DNA from: Anthoceros angustus
Taxonomy: Eukaryota; Plantae; Anthocerotophyta
Direction of reading: 5' to 3'
DNA length: 64,000 bases
Assembly: GCA_010909165.1 (NCBI GenBank)
Contig: MU008221.1
Span: 129,464-193,463 of the forward strand
Shown here: positions 39,600 to 53,250 of the stretch, in pieces
Position numbering within the stretch: the first letter of the stretch is position 1
Layout of the letters: the number at the start of each line of letters is the position of its first letter
Program-made: the position numbers and the translations under genes
The notes under the pieces: generated by a model
What the model was told of the DNA's origin: nothing
The model's database searches: none
Seen by the model: only the letters and a program-made list of their open reading frames with translations

Positions 39600-42360
39600 A
39601 TGACCACCACCACACCGGTGGTGGTCACCACCAAGCAACCTTATCCGTCAGATGGAGAGGGAAGGGTATGAAGACCGATGAATTTGTTGAGCGCTTTGAG
39701 GACATTTGCAAACCAGAAGCGGGAGATGCACACAGATTCATTGTTCTATGGAGTTCTTCGGGGTCCAAATAAGTGGTATAGGCGAATACCTCAAGTCACC
39801 CACACCTCCAAAGAACCTATGAAGAATTAAAACCGCCTGTGAAAGGTTCAGGGGCTTGACGAGGGATACGTGTTGTCCAAGCTTGAAAACCGCAGAGGAA
39901 AGAAGGAAACCTTGCAGCGTATGTGGAGAGGTTTCACCACGCGATCAAGTGGCCCTCACTGAGTTGCAGCAACGGTGGTTCGCTAAAGGCCCGGGTTCTA
40001 AGATGGGGAGACACGAAGGTTACAAGCGGAGAAGAATTTGGGCAAGGCTATCAAGGCGGCGCTAAACTATGAGGAATCCAACCCGCAAGGGAGGAGGAAG
40101 GCTAAGAAGGAGAAGAAGAAGCCCAGATGGAAAAAGAAGGGATTCCTCATCCTCCTAAGGAAGTTCATCGTGAAGAAAGCTCCACGAAGATTCCACGAAA
40201 GTTCCTGAGGAGGAAACGAGATGTCGAGGAAGGCCATCGATGAGGAGCGCCAAATGGAAAAAGAAAATGAAGGGTCGTGCACGGACAACAAGGAGGGCAA
40301 GGGCAAAACAGAGGCGATGTACGCAAAAAGGACGCGAACAAAGAGAAGGGAGGCCGAGGTAGCCAAGAAAGTAGAACAACAGGGAACAAGATGGAGGAGA
40401 TGATGGCAAAATTCGAGAAATTCCATCTTAATGCGGTCAAGGAACATGAGAGGCGGAGAGTCACGAACCCACGAGCCAACCTCTTCTGCTCAACGTGGGC
40501 AGGACACTCCAAAGCTAATTGTCCGACGACAAGGGTACACCGGGATATGAGGAAGAGGAGGAAGAGGGTCCGTGGAAGATACATACGATCCGGAGGTTCA
40601 CCAACCCAAGTGTACCCAAAGACCATGTACCCGCCAACCTACGTAATTCCACGGGTAGGCGTCAGAATCACAAGGGTAACAATCCAATGGGCACCGCCTT
40701 GTGCTATAATTGTCGCAACCTTGGACACTACATAAATGCCTTATCCAACTCACAAGGCAATGGAGATTTTGATAAACTATGTCAAGATTGTAGAAGGGCA
40801 TTTGGCGTGAAGTGTGCTCGCCAAAGCCCCAAAGACGGTGAGGATCGCGGCACCACCCGTAACGGAGTTCCCGCCAAACCCAAGTCCGGTGTCCGCCATG
40901 CATGTTGAGGACGCACTTATGGCGGTATGGGAGGATGCCGAGATTGGAACCCCGAGGAGCTTGGAGGGATTAGACGCAGAGGGAAGGGTATGAAGACCGA
41001 TGAATTTGTTGAGCGCTTTGAGCAGACATTTGCAAACCAGAAGCGGGAGATGCAGATTCATTGTTCTATGGAGTTCTTCGGGGTCCAAATAAGTGGTATA
41101 GGCGAATACCTCAAGTCAGCCACACCTCCAAAGAACCTATGAAGAATTAAAACCGCCTGTGAAAGGTTCAGGGGCTTGACGAGGGATACGTGTTGTCCAA
41201 GCTTGAAAACAGAGGAAAGAAGGAAACCTTGCAGCGTATGTGGAGAGGTTTCACCACGCGATCAAGTGGCCCTCACTGAGTTGCAGCAACGGTGGTTCGC
41301 TAAAGGCCTGGGTTCTAAGATGGGGAGACACGTAAGGTTACAAGCGGAGAAGAATTTGGGCAAGGCTATCAAGGCGGCGCTAAACTATGAGGAATCCAAC
41401 CCGCAAGGGAGGAGGAAGGCTAAGAAGGAGAAGAAGAAGCCCAGGACTGGAAAAAAAAGAAGGGATTCCTCATCCTCCTCGGAAGGAAGTTCATCAGGTG
41501 AAGAAAGCTCCACAGAAGATTCCACAGAAAGTTCCTCGGAGGAGGAAACGAGTGACAGTTCGGAGGAAGCGTCATCAGATGAGGAGCGCGCCAAATGGAA
41601 AAAGAAAATGAAGGGTCGTGCACGGACAACAAGGAGCAAGGGCAAAACAGAGGCGATATGCAAAAAGGACGCTGAACAAGGAGGGAGGCCGAGGTAGCAG
41701 CCAAGAAAGTAGAACAACAGGGAACAAGATGGAGGAGATGATGGCAAAATTCGAGAAATTCCATCTTAATGCGGTCAAGGAACATGAGAGGCGGAGAGGC
41801 ATCACGAACCCACGAGCCAACCTCTTTCAACGTGTGGGCAGCAGGACACTCCAAAGCTAATTGTCCGACGACAAGGGTACACCGGGATATGAGGAAGAGG
41901 AGGAAGAGGGTCCGTGGAAGATACATACGATCCGGAGGTTCACCAACCCAAGTGTACCCAAAGACCATGTACCCGCCAACCTACGTAATTCCACGGGTAG
42001 GCGTCAGAATCACAAGGGTAACAATCCAATGGGCACCGCCTTGTGCTATAATTGTCGCAACCTTGGACACTACATAAATGCCTTATCCAACTCACAAGGC
42101 AATGGAGATTTTGATAAACTATGTCAAGATTGTAGAAGGGCATTTGGTGAAGTGTGCTCGCCAAAGCCCCAAAGACGGTGAGGATCGCGGCACCACCCGT
42201 AACGGAGTTCCCGCCAAACCCAAGTCCGGTGTCCGCCATGCATGTTGAGGACGCACTTATGGCGGTATGGGAGGATGCCGAGATTGGAACCCCGAGGAGC
42301 TTGGAGGGATTAGACGCAGAGGGAAGCGATTATTATGGGGAAGCCTCGCCATGGTCATAG
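39600..42360 (+). pseudogene. gag: Gag (tandemly duplicated ~1.33 kb) with acidic/Ser tract and zinc knuckles
   Basis: MKTDEFVERFE; LQQRWFAKGLGSKM; SSEEETSDSSEE tract; C..C..AGHSKANC and CYNCRNLGHY knuckles; segment ~39655-40985 repeated at ~40976-42320. Confidence 0.8.
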
Positions 42361-43009
42361 AACAAGGAGCACAAAAGCAAAAGAGAGGCGACGGGGAAAA
42401 AGAAGAAGGAGGCGGATACGACCACGGATCGATGAGGGAGAGAGTGTCGCCACCACTGGGCGGAAATACCAACACCGGGAACGCTCAAAGACAAAAAACA
42501 AGTCCCGGTGACTTGGCGGATGGACCATATGTGCAAAAGAGTGATGCAATGAGACTGAGTGTTCCAAGGCGGAAAGGTGAATGAAGGGGTCAGAAAGCCG
42601 AAGGGGTGGAACCACCGATTTCGAGAAAGTTACCGAACCGAGTTAGGGTTTCCACCGGACGACGGGCGAAGTCATGGATATGATACAAGAAGAATTGGCA
42701 AGGAGGCTACGGGGAAAAGGCGGGGTGTCGATTTCCACCACCCTGTGGGAGTCCACCACCCCACCGGAAGGGCCACCGCATTCCCAAGTCATGACGAACC
42801 GGAACCCACAACCAACCAAACTCGGATGGTAGGTCGGCCACCGCTTCTTTCAATCTCGCCGAGGCCATCATGGACCAACATTTCATGATCACATTCGGAC
42901 AACTCCTCCGAGACAATCCGCGTATAGGCAATGATCGAGGGCGTTAAAAGAGGCGCAACCCAAAAAGAGGCGCAATGTTCCTATACCCAGTCAGCGTGAA
43001 CTTGGTATC

Positions 43010-43400
43010 CATGGTGGATCAAGGCCCACCAACCTGTGGAAATTTCGGATGTGTCATCAAAGGAGTGCCTCGACACGGGGTCGGTGTAAATATTATGACG
43101 TAAGACACGGCTAGGAAATTGGGCTTGGATATTGAACATACTACCAAGGTTTTGAGGCTAGCCGACATGTCCGTAATGGTGCCGGGGAACTGGGTGCTAA
43201 CGACCATTGGAACCATCCCTACTTGATGGATTATGTAGTCATCCAAAGAAAATCGCTGTGGCACGCCCCTAATTGGCCGAACATGGATGTACGATCGCAA
43301 TGCACGCCAAGTGGGGAGGAAGGAAGTCGGTTTTAAACCGCTGGAATGGGATCCCAAGACCAAGGAGGAAGGATGTGCCTATCGTGGAGTAAGGACATGT
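43010..43400 (+). pseudogene. Retroviral-type aspartic protease
   Basis: TGCCTCGACACGGGGTCGG = CLDTGS, then VNIM..DTARKLGLDIEHTTKVLRLADMS. Confidence 0.75.
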
Positions 43401-43859
43401 ATGCAGTGTGAAACTCCAATCAAATGTAAGGGGGTACACTCGGCAGAGGACACGTGGGAGATGGAAGAGGAAGATAGGTTCCTGTCGCACACATCTCATG
43501 GTCGATGAGGAGCAGGACTACCGCAGAGATATCCCATATACAATTAACCCAAGAGGGTCGTTACGGGTAACCGAATGCTCCGGAAGGGGTCCGGTGGATT
43601 CAACAGCAGTGGAGAAGTGGAGGAGGCGCCACGCAGCCACGCCGGAGGATTTGTTTAGGGAATGGGGCATGAGAGAAGAGGAACCGGAGAAGAAGGATTC
43701 GGGGTTAGCACCGCACTGAGAGCGCGAGTGGGTACAGCGATGAAGTCAAGGACGTTGAGGTTCTTCCGGAAGGTGCTCAAATTCTCCGTAACAATGGATG
43801 CGGCGTTGGAGGAAGGAATGAAGCAACCGCTGCGTAATTTATCGATGTTTTCGCCGAGG

Positions 43860-45090
43860 TAAGACATGAAGGGATCCCCAAAGAATGGGGCATAGGATTG
43901 ACTGGAACCGTGAGCAATCCGAAGGATTCCACAAGACAAGTTAAATCCAAGTACTCCTCAAGGTAAAGGATCGCTTGGAGATGTACCTCAAGGCGGACGT
44001 GATCTATCCTATAGTCAATACCGAATGGGTGGCTCCAATAGTGGTAGTACTAAGAGGCGTGCAAAATCCGAGTTTGTCGATCGGAGAAGGTTGAATAAGG
44101 TCACCAAGAAGGATCACTTTCCTACCCTTCATCGATAATATCCTCGGATCCGTCGCAGTGTAATGGCGATTCATTCCTAGACGGTACTGGGTATAATCAC
44201 CGCACCTTAGGGAGAGCGATTGGCCTCGACCGCTTTTACAACCGATCGGGGACATATGCTTACAAGCGCAGCGCATTTGGGTTGACGGAGCACTGGGTCC
44301 TTCATGCGAGCCATCGTCAAAATTTTCAAGGACTTCCTCGCGACTTTATGGAAGTTTTCCGACGACTGCGATTCGGGCCGTCAAGGACCATCCGCCGCAC
44401 CTCGGAAGTGCCCGGAGCGCCGAGCAACGCAATTATGCTCGCATCCGAAAAGTGCTACCGCATGTCGAGGAATTCGCTGGGGCATCGAATTTCAAGCCGA
44501 GGTATAGAAGTAGATCCGACAAGGTAAAGGTCATCGCCACCCTTAGAGCACCAATAACGCTAAAGGAACTCCGCGGTTCCCGGGATGGTCATATTATAGA
44601 CGCTTGCTCCAAATTTCGCCAAGCGGGCCCACTAACGAGCTTGTTAAGGAAGGATCGAGTGGGGAGTGGACGACGAACGGGAGGAAGCATTTCGTGACTT
44701 ACGCACCACGCCACAGCCCCACGCTAAAAGGACCGGATCGAGTAAGAAGTTCCACGTTGCTGATGTTTCAGATTTGCAATTGGGTCACCTTAGCAGCGGA
44801 TGAGAAGAAGAAGGATTTTCCGATCTACTATGCCGAGACAACTAACGGACGCGAGCGAAGTATACCACCACGGAGCGCAAGCACCGGAATGGTTTACTCG
44901 GTCGAAATTCGACACTACCTCCTCTCGTATGAATTTGTGTTCCATGTTGACCACTTTGCCTTGAAACACCTTGTGAATAAACCCGACCTTTCGGACGATA
45001 GCACGCTGGATCTTGCCGCTGTGAGTTTACCTTCACGGAAACGAGAGAGGGTAGGAAGCATATCAATGCCGACTTCATATCTCGATTGAA
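43860..45090 (+). pseudogene. pol: Reverse transcriptase + RNase H
   Basis: DVIYPI..EWVAPIVVV; RLNKVTKKDHFP; FLDG; RH-type YSVEIRHYLLSYEFVFHVDHFALKHLVNKPDLS (44604..45089). Confidence 0.85.
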
Positions 45091-45199
45091 AACAGGAAGG
45101 TGGAAAACCACCGGAAGACGACTTTCCGATGAGACACGTCATAGGAGTTGCAAACCAACCAGTGAAGCCCGGTTCGGAAGGAGGAGCCAGATCGATTGA

Positions 45200-46386
45200 G
45201 AAGGGAGGGTGGCTTCAAGACCAACATATCGAGATATACGATTATCTTGGCACAGGCCAAATTCCTCCACATCTATCCAAGACATGATTCAAAGCGTTGT
45301 CCACTACTCCGCACCATCTACACGGCACAATATGAATTTATACCGAGTCATCCGGACGGGGAGCGGTTATGGGTACGCATCAAGGTGTGAGCGAGTCCCG
45401 AGCTCTTTACACGAAGAAGAGGCGGAGGTCATTATGCCGCATGTCACATGCAGGAAAATTTTGAGGTCGGCTATTGGTGGCCTACAATGTACAAGGATGC
45501 CAGTTCGTGAAGCCGTGACGCTTGCCAAAGGGTCGGCAAGCCAACAAAGAACAACCCAATGGCCCCTTGTCCCCATACTTGCACCGCACCATTCGAGAAA
45601 TGGGGAATCGATTTTGTCCCCTATCCAAAACCAAGGCTCGCCAAAACCAATACATCCCGTTACAGACATCGCGGATGGTAGAAGCATGCACCGCCGGTAG
45701 ATTCGGGCGACGTCGAGCGATTCTGCTCGAGCAAATCATCACCGATATGGCTGCTACCGGAGCCGGTGACAGAGGAACACATTTCACAATCGTGTAATTC
45801 CAACATGACCAACCACTTCAACGCCGCCACGTGTGAAGTCCACGCCTTTATAACCCAAAAGCCAATGGGTAAAAGGAAAATGGCTTGTTGTGCAAGATCC
45901 TAACCAAACTCACCGCCTATGCGATGATCGATATGAAATGATTCAAGACGGCGCATCGGACCGCATGGAAAAGGTGACAACGCAGAAACCCGTATTATCT
46001 TACTTACGGCATTCATCATGCCAATAGAATTCAAGTTCCCACCGAGAATACAGGAACCAAGTCGAATGCCGTGGAGGAAAGTCGCTTGGAAAGGTTGGTG
46101 GGTTTCGAATACACACGGAGGACAGAGAACAAGCCCTCCAAGTTATGCGGGATGTCCAAAGACAGGAGGAAGGAGTGGCACGACAAGAGATTGAAGGCCA
46201 AGAATACGTTGTTCCCGGGATCCGCTTTACTACGATAACCGATACATGCATTTCCGTAAATTACATCTCGATGGATGGGGCCCTTCGTAGTTTCGAAGTT
46301 TTCGACAACGGATCAATTCAACTCAAGATTTTAGTGGCTCACCCAACGCTGCCAAACGGTTGGCGGGTCAAGAAATATTACCAATA
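45200..46386 (+). pseudogene. pol: Integrase
   Basis: PFEKWGIDF; STPYNPKANG; C-terminal WMGPFVV..FDNGSIQLK...NGWRVKKYYQ*, typical of Athila-lineage integrase tails. Confidence 0.85.
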
Positions 46387-46421
46387 AGTTGGCGAGGACG
46401 CCAACAAATGAGAAGGGAGTA

Positions 46422-49400
46422 TGTGGAAGACCACATGTGAACTAACCCCGCCTCAAGTGTCGTGAACGATTTTTTTGTTTTGGGTGTGTTAGAATAGCAG
46501 TGCTTTGAGAATCGTCTCGAGTCGGGTCTTTTATACGGAATGGTCCTTGGCCCTTGGAGATAATAATAATTTTTCGACCCTTAGGTTTGACCCCGAGGGG
46601 GGGTAGAAATAGAGTCCTTGGGTATTGGGAATTTTAGAATAAAAGGTGTCTATATATGCTAGGGATGCTCACAATATGCCACCAGTAGTCAAGTGGGGTG
46701 GTGGCTAGTTCCACCACGGTGAAACGGACGCATGCACTGTGGGAATTTACAACCCTAGTGGCGGAGGGACTACCGCCACGGAGCAATCGGGAGAAGGGCA
46801 CACCCAAGATGCGAGGTCGCGACTTTCCGTGAGGGGCACGGAGCGCGGAAGAGGGGCGCTACCACGACGCCAGCCAAATCACCGCTCGCTGCGGGAGGAA
46901 AAGGCGCGACGATCGTGAAGAGCGGCGCGGCGAGGAGAGAAATCGGGCGCCGCAAGTTCGCGAGGAGGCGTGGAAGGAGCGCGAGGCGGCTCGATTTTTT
47001 TTCTCTTCGACCGTATCTGCAGGGTAGTCGAGGTTTTGTTTTGGGAAACAACGAGAGAAGGAGATGGCGCCCAGCCGCGGCCGAAATCTCACTCACGCAG
47101 GGGCCCAACATGGACCATCGGAAAGTGAGAGCCGGGCACTGCGTGAGCTGGGTCTCAAGTTCATGGAGAAGAAATGGTGCTACGATACCGCATTGGTGCA
47201 AGAGTGCGCCCGCAATTAAGGACCAAGTCGCAAGAGGGTGACGCGAGGAAAAGGCCGCAGAATCGGATTTGGCCTCTTCGAGCAAAGGTAAGGGCGAGAA
47301 GCATCGAGGATGGGAGCTTGGTGATTGACCCCAAAAAGAAGACCTTGAAAGCGCAGCGCCGCGCCATGAAGCCTGGGAAGTGAGAGTGAACAATGGTCGG
47401 GTGACTCGCCAACTCGTGTTCCGCTGGTGGGATTGGCCAAATGGATTTTGTGCTTCCTCGTAACCGGAAGTCGGATCATATGGCGGATCACTTCTTGGTT
47501 TTTCTTCACGAGGTGGTCAAGGGTACACAAATTGATTGGGGAGGATGATTTTCGAAAGAGCCTGTGAGGAGAAGGCGACTTTCTTCCCTCGGCCCTCCTT
47601 GATTTCGCCTTTTCCGATTCATGTATTTGCGCATTCCGGTGTTTAACGAGTTGAAGTCGGTCCGCCTGCATGGTTGGAAGCCTCAGGGAACTCAAGGTAG
47701 AAGAGGAGGAATTGAAGGAGGATTCGGGCAAGGATTCCAGAGCTTGGGAGTGCGCCTCGGAAGGTTCGGAAGAGGAGGAAGTTTCCAAGGGTAAGAAGCG
47801 AAGGCGAACCGAACGGGATCGGCGAAGAAGGGAGGCAGCAGCAGAGGAGGAACCCAGCCCACACCTGTGGTCACTGTGTCAAGACAGAACGGGTAAAGGA
47901 GGAAAAGTAAAGGGAAATGGCAAGTTGCTCCCTCCGGGGGATGAATCGCTAGGGGAGAATGAAGCGGGGAAGAGGCAAGGCACCAACCCCTAGGAGAGGA
48001 GGGGTTAACTTCAGGCCGAGACCGCACGAGCTCCGGACATTTTTGGCGACATTTCACCGAACCGTCCTACCGAGGTGGGGATAGGAGACACCGTGACACG
48101 AGAATTGTTGTGGAGGCGGATGGGCAAGGGACAGCCCAATTTGGGATTTGGTGGTTTGACTTGCCATGGCATGACGCAGCGGATCTCCTCGATCAAGCCA
48201 TGGCTCTCACTACCGAGTGTGCAAGGCCAACAGGAGAAGTTGCTCAAGGAGAAGTTGGAGAGCCTGGAAGGCGAGAGCAAGGCGGCCGAGGAGCGCAGAC
48301 GGAGTGCGGCGGCCTTATGCAAGGCACAGGAGCGCTTAAGGCACATGTCCACTCGCAGAAGCTTTAGTAAATCAGTCAAGGGGCGATGCTACAATTGAAG
48401 AGCTTCAAGATGAGGTCTCGCGAGTCCGGAGCAGGTGGAAGCGATCCTTGGAGAAATTCAAGAAGGCGGAGAGGTACAAGCGGAAAGAGACGGCTAGGGC
48501 CGAGTCAAGAGAGAGGTGGCCAAACCAAGAAAGGCCGAGCAGCCACCGCAGGAGCCAAACAACCACCGTGGAAGCAACCACCACGGTGGCTAAACCAGCC
48601 ACCGCCGTGGAACGGGAACCGAGGTGGGGAAGTCACCAGGAGTGTCGCAGATGGAGGGATGATCTCGGAGAATCAACAGGCCTGTGATTGTCCACGGGAG
48701 GAGAGGGTAAGGACCTCAGACGAAGACAGTTACGCGTCCGGATGAGGATGCTCATGTCCTCGCCGCATGGTGAGCGGTGCTCACTCTAAACGTGTATGTG
48801 GTTGTTGGGACAGAGGGGCGTAAACCATCGGTCAGACATCTTGACCGCCACAGCGCTACTGGTTCCTTCGAGTAGGAGCGGGCGCCTATCCTCCGCAAGT
48901 GGTGCCGGAAGAGATGAGCGAGGCGCAGCGAGTGGAGGAGGAGGAGCAGTATGGTTGTCCATGAGGAGGAGCGGGACAATGGACATAGAGGACACAGGCG
49001 CAACGCCCGCGGGAAGGCGCGAGGGAAATTGCAAAGGAGAGAGGTGGAGGTTGTGGGGAAAATCGCCGGATCGAGGCGAGGCCAAGAGCGAGAGGGGTCC
49101 CCATGGGCCGAGGGCGAGGCAAAGAATCGCGAGGCGGCAGCTGATTTTAGGAGTCGCGATAGCCTAGGACCGGGTTTTTCGTAGAGGATAGGGAGTTCCA
49201 TCACCGTAGAGTTGTTGCTTAGATTGGTAAGGCGCCGTGGTAGGAGCTACAATTTTAGACACTAAAGAGAAGTGAGTGTTGGACCACCCAGATGTATAAG
49301 AGACCCTTGTCTCTCAAGGGACGATTTCGGTGTGAACTTCCGTATCGAACCGCCGAGGTTGATTGGAGACGCCCGTCAAGATCAAACGGGTTCGCGACCG

Positions 49401-50082
49401 CCTTCTCGTCCGGGAAGATCTCGGATGGTCGAGAGCGGAGTGGCCAAGCTCCACTGGGTAACGGAAGGCAGCGCCGAAAAGAGGTAGGAGTGCCGGACGG
49501 CCGAGGCGGAATCCGGAAGGCGAATCGCCCAAGCACCGATCGGGTTTTCTTCCCGATCCTCTTTCCAACCGCCACTGTGTGTTCATTCCATGAGAGGGGT
49601 CCTGTGGCCCAAGGAGGTCTGCCCAAGGGAGGGGTCTGTGGCCCGTGAGACGAGGGAGAGTTCATTGGGAAGGGAAAAGGTTCCTGAGGTAGTTGTGCTA
49701 CCGAGGGATTGTGAGAGCGAGGGAAAATCGGAACAGGGGGAGTGGAAGCGTGGTAGGATCGCAGAATTCCTGTAAGGTGAGGCGATATAGGTGTCCGATA
49801 GCCCTAGGTCCGGTTAGAGAAGTCGGTAATAGACCGCGAAAGGCGGCGCGTGGGGGGGCCCGCCATTCAACTGCCACTGCGGTGGCCGAGTCCACCACGG
49901 TGGTGGGTTTGGGCAGGGTAGCTGGAGAAGGTGAGGTAGCGAGCGACGGGGCAGGTCTAGAATCCATAGATTTAGCACACCTTGACACAACACCATTCCC
50001 TTGGGATCGAATCCTAGGACTATAACGACATAGAGGGTAAATGTGGCCTCTTTGCGTCTTCAGATGCAAAAACCCATTCCAC
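46422..50082 (+). repeat. 3' LTR of element 2
   Basis: Preceded by the PPT GAGAAGGGAG-TA; ends AACCCATTCCAC. Confidence 0.9.
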
Positions 50083-52365
50083 GCCCCTACCCTCCTACCA
50101 CTTGTAGGAGTTGTAGGAGATCTAGCGACCGTGGGCCGCCCACCTCACTCCTACATGGGAGAAGACACCCTACCCCAACGCATAGGGGCGCATCCTACCA
50201 TTGGTAGGGTCACACCTAGCAGCAGAAACCTAGGCCTCTCCAACTCCATGCCCTCATGCTCCAACTACAACCGGGCGTGCCCCGTGGGAGGAAAATCCCG
50301 GCTTCCGATATTCACCCTCTAGTGGCCACACTTATCGCGTAGCATGTTGGATTTCATCCCATGAGACTTGTGTGGACCGTCGGATTTTGAGAGATCAATC
50401 GTTGCCTACACCCACTCACGACATCAGGCCCCTCAACAAGCAAGGCGCCTCTAACTTCCCTCTACAACAATGCCTTGCACCTTTTGGGATTCATCTCGTA
50501 GGCTCCTCCTTGGGCCTTCCGCTATTTCCTACACTCTAATCCTCTACTCAACATTCCACTCCTCCTCATCCTCAACGCGCAACTTGACTCAACTCATCAT
50601 CCTCCTACTCTAACCTCACTTCAAGCTCACTGGCCCCAGCTCGCCCTTACGGCACAACAGCTTGGGGTCCACCTACAAGCCAACAAGTTCTTCCTTGGGC
50701 CGGTTGCTATGAGTTTGAGACGAGATAGCAAGAACCTCCAAAGAGTCTCTCCTCCGTCTACCCCCTCAGAGTTCATTCTATGCATCGCCACACACCCAAA
50801 GCAAAGCAATTTCACAACAACCATACACAAGGAGCAACCCATCAAGGCGCCAGAGCGAGTCCTTTGCCAAGCACCACCACCGCACTTCCTCTCTACAGAC
50901 ACTACGTTAGCTTGCTGCACCAAATTCCTTCACAAGGAGCAAAGGACTCATGAGTTTGGAAGTGCAAGACGTGATACTTTACTTCTTAAACTTGTCCTCC
51001 TATATAGGACATACGCATACGACCTCTCTTAGGCCAGCCTCCCTCTCCTTAACGCCTGCCAGCTACACAATCTAATATCTCTTGATCTTTCAAAAAGGCC
51101 TCATTAATACTTTCCTTGGGAACCTACCCCAGCCGTCACCAGCCCTTTAAATAATCCTTATCTACCTCATCCACTTGCAACGATCATAGCTTCCTCTTTA
51201 AGGCTCCTAGCTAACAATAGTCTTAGCTACAATCCTCCAAGGCATCAACTATGATCATAAGAGAGAGTCAAGTTCTTCAAAACCCTAGGGGACCTTACCC
51301 TTATCTTCCCACCACACACCTTTATCACCATCCATCCCCCAAAGAAGATAGTTCTCGCCCTTAGCCATAGTGTGGAACACCGAATTTTGGGTCCACTACG
51401 AGAAGATGGATGCCTCATAGTTTTGTTCATATTAGTTAGGTTTCTTTTTCTTTTTCTTTTTCTTACCGAGAAGATTGGCGGCAGAAGGTAGTAACGAGAA
51501 GATGACTTGGCAAAGATGCGGGAGGCAGTCCGTCCCAACGGGATGGACTACGGCATGGAGAGGAGCCGGACGAGGAAGGGTCCAACTAGTCCAAAAGGAG
51601 GAACGGTGAGGAGGGTCGAGGAGGACTTACGCTGCGTAAGGGAGGCACATTCAAATCCCAAACCTGAGTGCCAAGGATCGGTGCCAGCCCCAGTGGCGCA
51701 GACACTCCCTACCACGCGCCCGCCACTCTCCGCAGGCAACGGAGTAAACATCTACTCCGATCAAGGACACGCGAGGGTTCCTCCAAGTCACATGAGTCTC
51801 CCTGACTCCTTCTCCACAGAAGCGCCCAGCCGCTCCTCCTCTCAATCCCTCCTATTAGTCCGTGTCCGCCGAGCTCCCTTATATCGCTATGCGACAATTT
51901 CAAAACCCCAAAGGCCCAAGGACAAAACAACTATCTCCGCGGAATCACCATACCGCCATATTCAAAAACATCAAGATTGTCCTCCCCGGTGCTCTCTTCC
52001 AAGGAATGGCGTGGATCATTGTGCTAGATTCCTTTGCAAATCGCCAAGGGATGGCGGTGGCACCTCACACAAGAAATGACCGAACTATCCAACAGAGGAA
52101 AAGTGGAGATGTAGACGCAACAAATGGGGAGGTGTGGGTAAGCCTTCCAAAGAAGGAGAGACGATGGCCCCATCGGGCGACATGTAGAAGAAGAAGGAGA
52201 AAACTGCAAGGAGAAGGCCGAAAAAGAGCAGCCGACAAGGAGGGGCCGTGGTTTTTGTGTTTCAGCAGCAAGTCTCCGAGAGACTCGGATTTTCGGGCTT
52301 CGAATGACAACGCAAATGCAGGGCCACATGCATTGGGCATACTCTAACGTGGAATTGATGGAGGC

Positions 52366-53250
52366 TTGTTACAGCTAGCTCATGTAAGAAGAAACGAGAA
52401 GATGGATTTAAAGAGATGTCCTGGATGCATCCAAAGGGATGGACCGCCCAAAGACATCCGCAAGGTGTATGGGAGGCTAGAAAGTGAGAGTGAGGGTGTG
52501 GCTCCCACCGAGAGAAATGAAGAAGCCAAGAGGGCAGTAGTGGCTTATCTTCCTGAGGAAGCTCTCAACATGCTTATCGGAGGGGTGGATGCTAAGACGA
52601 TACCGGAGGGGCGCATAAGATTGCAGTTTCAAATGGAAGCACAAGGATAGTGCTGGGGCTGACTTTCTCACAGAACCACTTACTCAAAGATTATGCTCTT
52701 TCATTTTATGTGAAATTGAAGCAAGGAGCTCACCGACGGGATTAAATATGCCGACCGCCTTATGAGCATCGTCGAGACAAGTCACGAGGTAATGAACATA
52801 GTGGACAATGAAGGAGCAAGGCATAGCCATTTGAGCACTTACTGTGCATTTGTGAGTGGTACATGAAGTACTTACAAAGGAGGAGCTGGAGGAGTCTTAC
52901 CAGCCATTTGAAGTGGTCCTCTTGAATGGCACAGGGGTCCCTCGCTAAAAGAAGGTTAAGAAGGCGGAGGAGGAACCCAAGGTGGAGCAAGGGAGTCACC
53001 TCCTTTATAGTGGTCTTGGATGATGCGACTCACGAGGCGCCCTGACGCCAAGGAAGGAGAGGTGCCTCTCGCCCAAGAGGAGACAAATGCACAGTGGAAG
53101 AGGTGGCAAGGCTACCAAGTGTATAGGAGGCAACCCCATGGAGCGATGAAGGAGCTAACCCACCTGTGAGATAATAGAGTCGCAGGAATCCCACCCAACA
53201 TCATCGGGCCGAGAGAGAGACTCGCCAATGGGAAAAGGCGCTCAACCTCA
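52366..53250 (+). pseudogene. Degenerate retrotransposon gag-like fragment
   Basis: YVKLKQG...KYADRL resembles the Retrotrans_gag LKQG..Y..RF motif; heavily frameshifted. Confidence 0.3.

Larger units (their letters stand above)
35530..50082 (+). mobile_element. Near-complete Athila-like Ty3/Gypsy LTR retrotransposon (element 2)
   Basis: 3.6 kb LTRs with TGTGGAA...TTCCAC(A) ends, PBS at 39170-39187, PPT at 46410-46419, gag-PR-RT-RH-INT order. TSD only imperfect (GTCCT vs GCCCC/GCCCT). Confidence 0.92.

Noticed and set aside
50600-50950. Minus-strand plant-mobile-domain-like text (LGKGLALAP)
   Set aside because: One short motif in a frameshifted region; not enough support.
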